NCBI RefSeq assembly: GCF_000143415.4
Contig: NW_003314261.1
Span: 2,429,266-2,493,265 of the forward strand
Length of the DNA: 64,000 nucleotides
Origin: Selaginella moellendorffii
Lineage: Eukaryota > Plantae > Lycopodiophyta
Direction of reading: 5' to 3'
How positions within the stretch are numbered: position 1 is the first letter of the stretch; each line of letters starts with the position of its first letter. Made by a program: the position numbers and the translations under genes. The notes under the pieces are model-generated. The model saw only the letters and a program-made list of their open reading frames with translations, was not told the DNA's origin and did not search any database. This document shows, piece after piece, positions 62,970-64,000 of this stretch.

Positions 62970-64000
62970 TTACGAAGTCTTTGCTCGATCCCTATGGATT
63001 GCTTCTGTCCGTATTGTTTTCCTGCATTTCTTGCATTGCCCGTGACCGCAGCACTGCCTCCTGCTCGCTTTTTGGTAGAGCATTAAACATGAAGATAGAT
63101 TTGTCCCCAATGTCATCCTGGCAGTGGTTTTTTTCTTTAGAAGATTTGAAAGGAAGCAGAGAAGGTCTACCTTTATTGGTTGTGTGAATTTCCTGCCAGC
63201 GAAAACCGCAAAGAGACCCATCCAGGCCGCCAGTAGACCTTGCTTTACGTTGTCATCCATCGCTCCCGACTGATATGCCGCAATGAGTTTTTCTTATAAG
63301 AACTTTGTGCAGGCATGAAAATGGGATGCGTACCAGGTGACCCAAGAGCAAGGATGGTATCACGAAGAAGAGGAGTGCCGCCTCTAGTTTTCCATAGCAC
63401 AATCCTGACGAACGAGCCATAAGTGGTGGTGAGTTCCATTTTTTTTTTCTTTCTGAAAGGAGAGCTCAGTGTTACCTTCTTTGAAAACCAGGCCTGTGAG
63501 TGCTGCAAAGAGAGGCCCGACTGCCCAAACCGCAGCGGGATTCTCCACAACGAATTCCACCAGACCCCTGTCAGCTGGAGTGGCGAAGTTGGATGCTACA
63601 AGTATAGAACCAGCCACTCCGACTGTCCATAGGACTTGCAACGCTCGCTTCAGTGGAGTGACGTAGATGTGTATGAGCAGCAGGGACACCCCGAGTGACC
63701 CGGCTCCAATCGAAAAAAGTAAGTCTTGATAAGTTGAGATCACAGACTTGACAACATTGTCTTCCGGTAGGAACGCCGTAGACGCTACCGCGACAAATGT
63801 AGCTGCCGATGTTACTAGACCAGCTCTGTACAAGAAGACCTGGAGACACAAGGAAATCATGTCACAGTCCACAACGGGTAAAAGTCGGTGGTGATGGAAG
63901 TAAGTGACACCAAATCTCAAGAAAAAGGACGATGGTCGACGAAGATTCAGGCATTACCTCGCGCACGTCGGTCGAATCAATCGACCAGGGGCCGTAGACA
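62970..64000 (-). CDS. DUF2301 integral membrane protein (chloroplast/cyanobacterial type), 5' part outside the window
   Basis: VYGPW, LYRAGL, LLLIHIYVTPLKR, VGPLFAALTGLVFKEG, RKFTQPIK.DIGDKSIF; the exact stop is uncertain. Confidence 0.82.

Overview
Gene-dense eukaryotic plant DNA with very short (about 50-80 nt) spliceosomal introns. I infer it is the lycophyte Selaginella (probably S. moellendorffii), because two proteins match my recollection of miltiradiene synthase (SmMDS) and SmMTPSL1; no search was run. Left arm, housekeeping genes: starch branching enzyme, SMN-like, MYCBP-like, NUB1-like, EPFL peptide, MLK/CK1-like kinase, arginase, DYW-PPR and FKBP19. Next is a 5,010-bp Ty3/gypsy retrotransposon with identical 174-bp LTRs, a 4-bp TSD, a tRNA-Ala-type PBS and a complete -1 frameshift signal (slippery site plus H-type pseudoknot). 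Middle: bifunctional diterpene synthase, PXN carrier pseudogene, ERN1-like ERF, Upf1-like helicase, VPS13-like gene and F-box/LRR gene. Right arm, a rearranged accessory region: PPR pseudogene with a micro-inversion, an inverted diterpene-synthase pseudogene with an apparent gene-conversion tract, an intact PPR gene, an intronless microbial-type terpene synthase with a duplicated core promoter, an unusual hevein + EG45/PNP-like fusion gene, and a DUF2301 gene. Exon boundaries were read by eye, so coordinates of multi-exon genes are overall spans.
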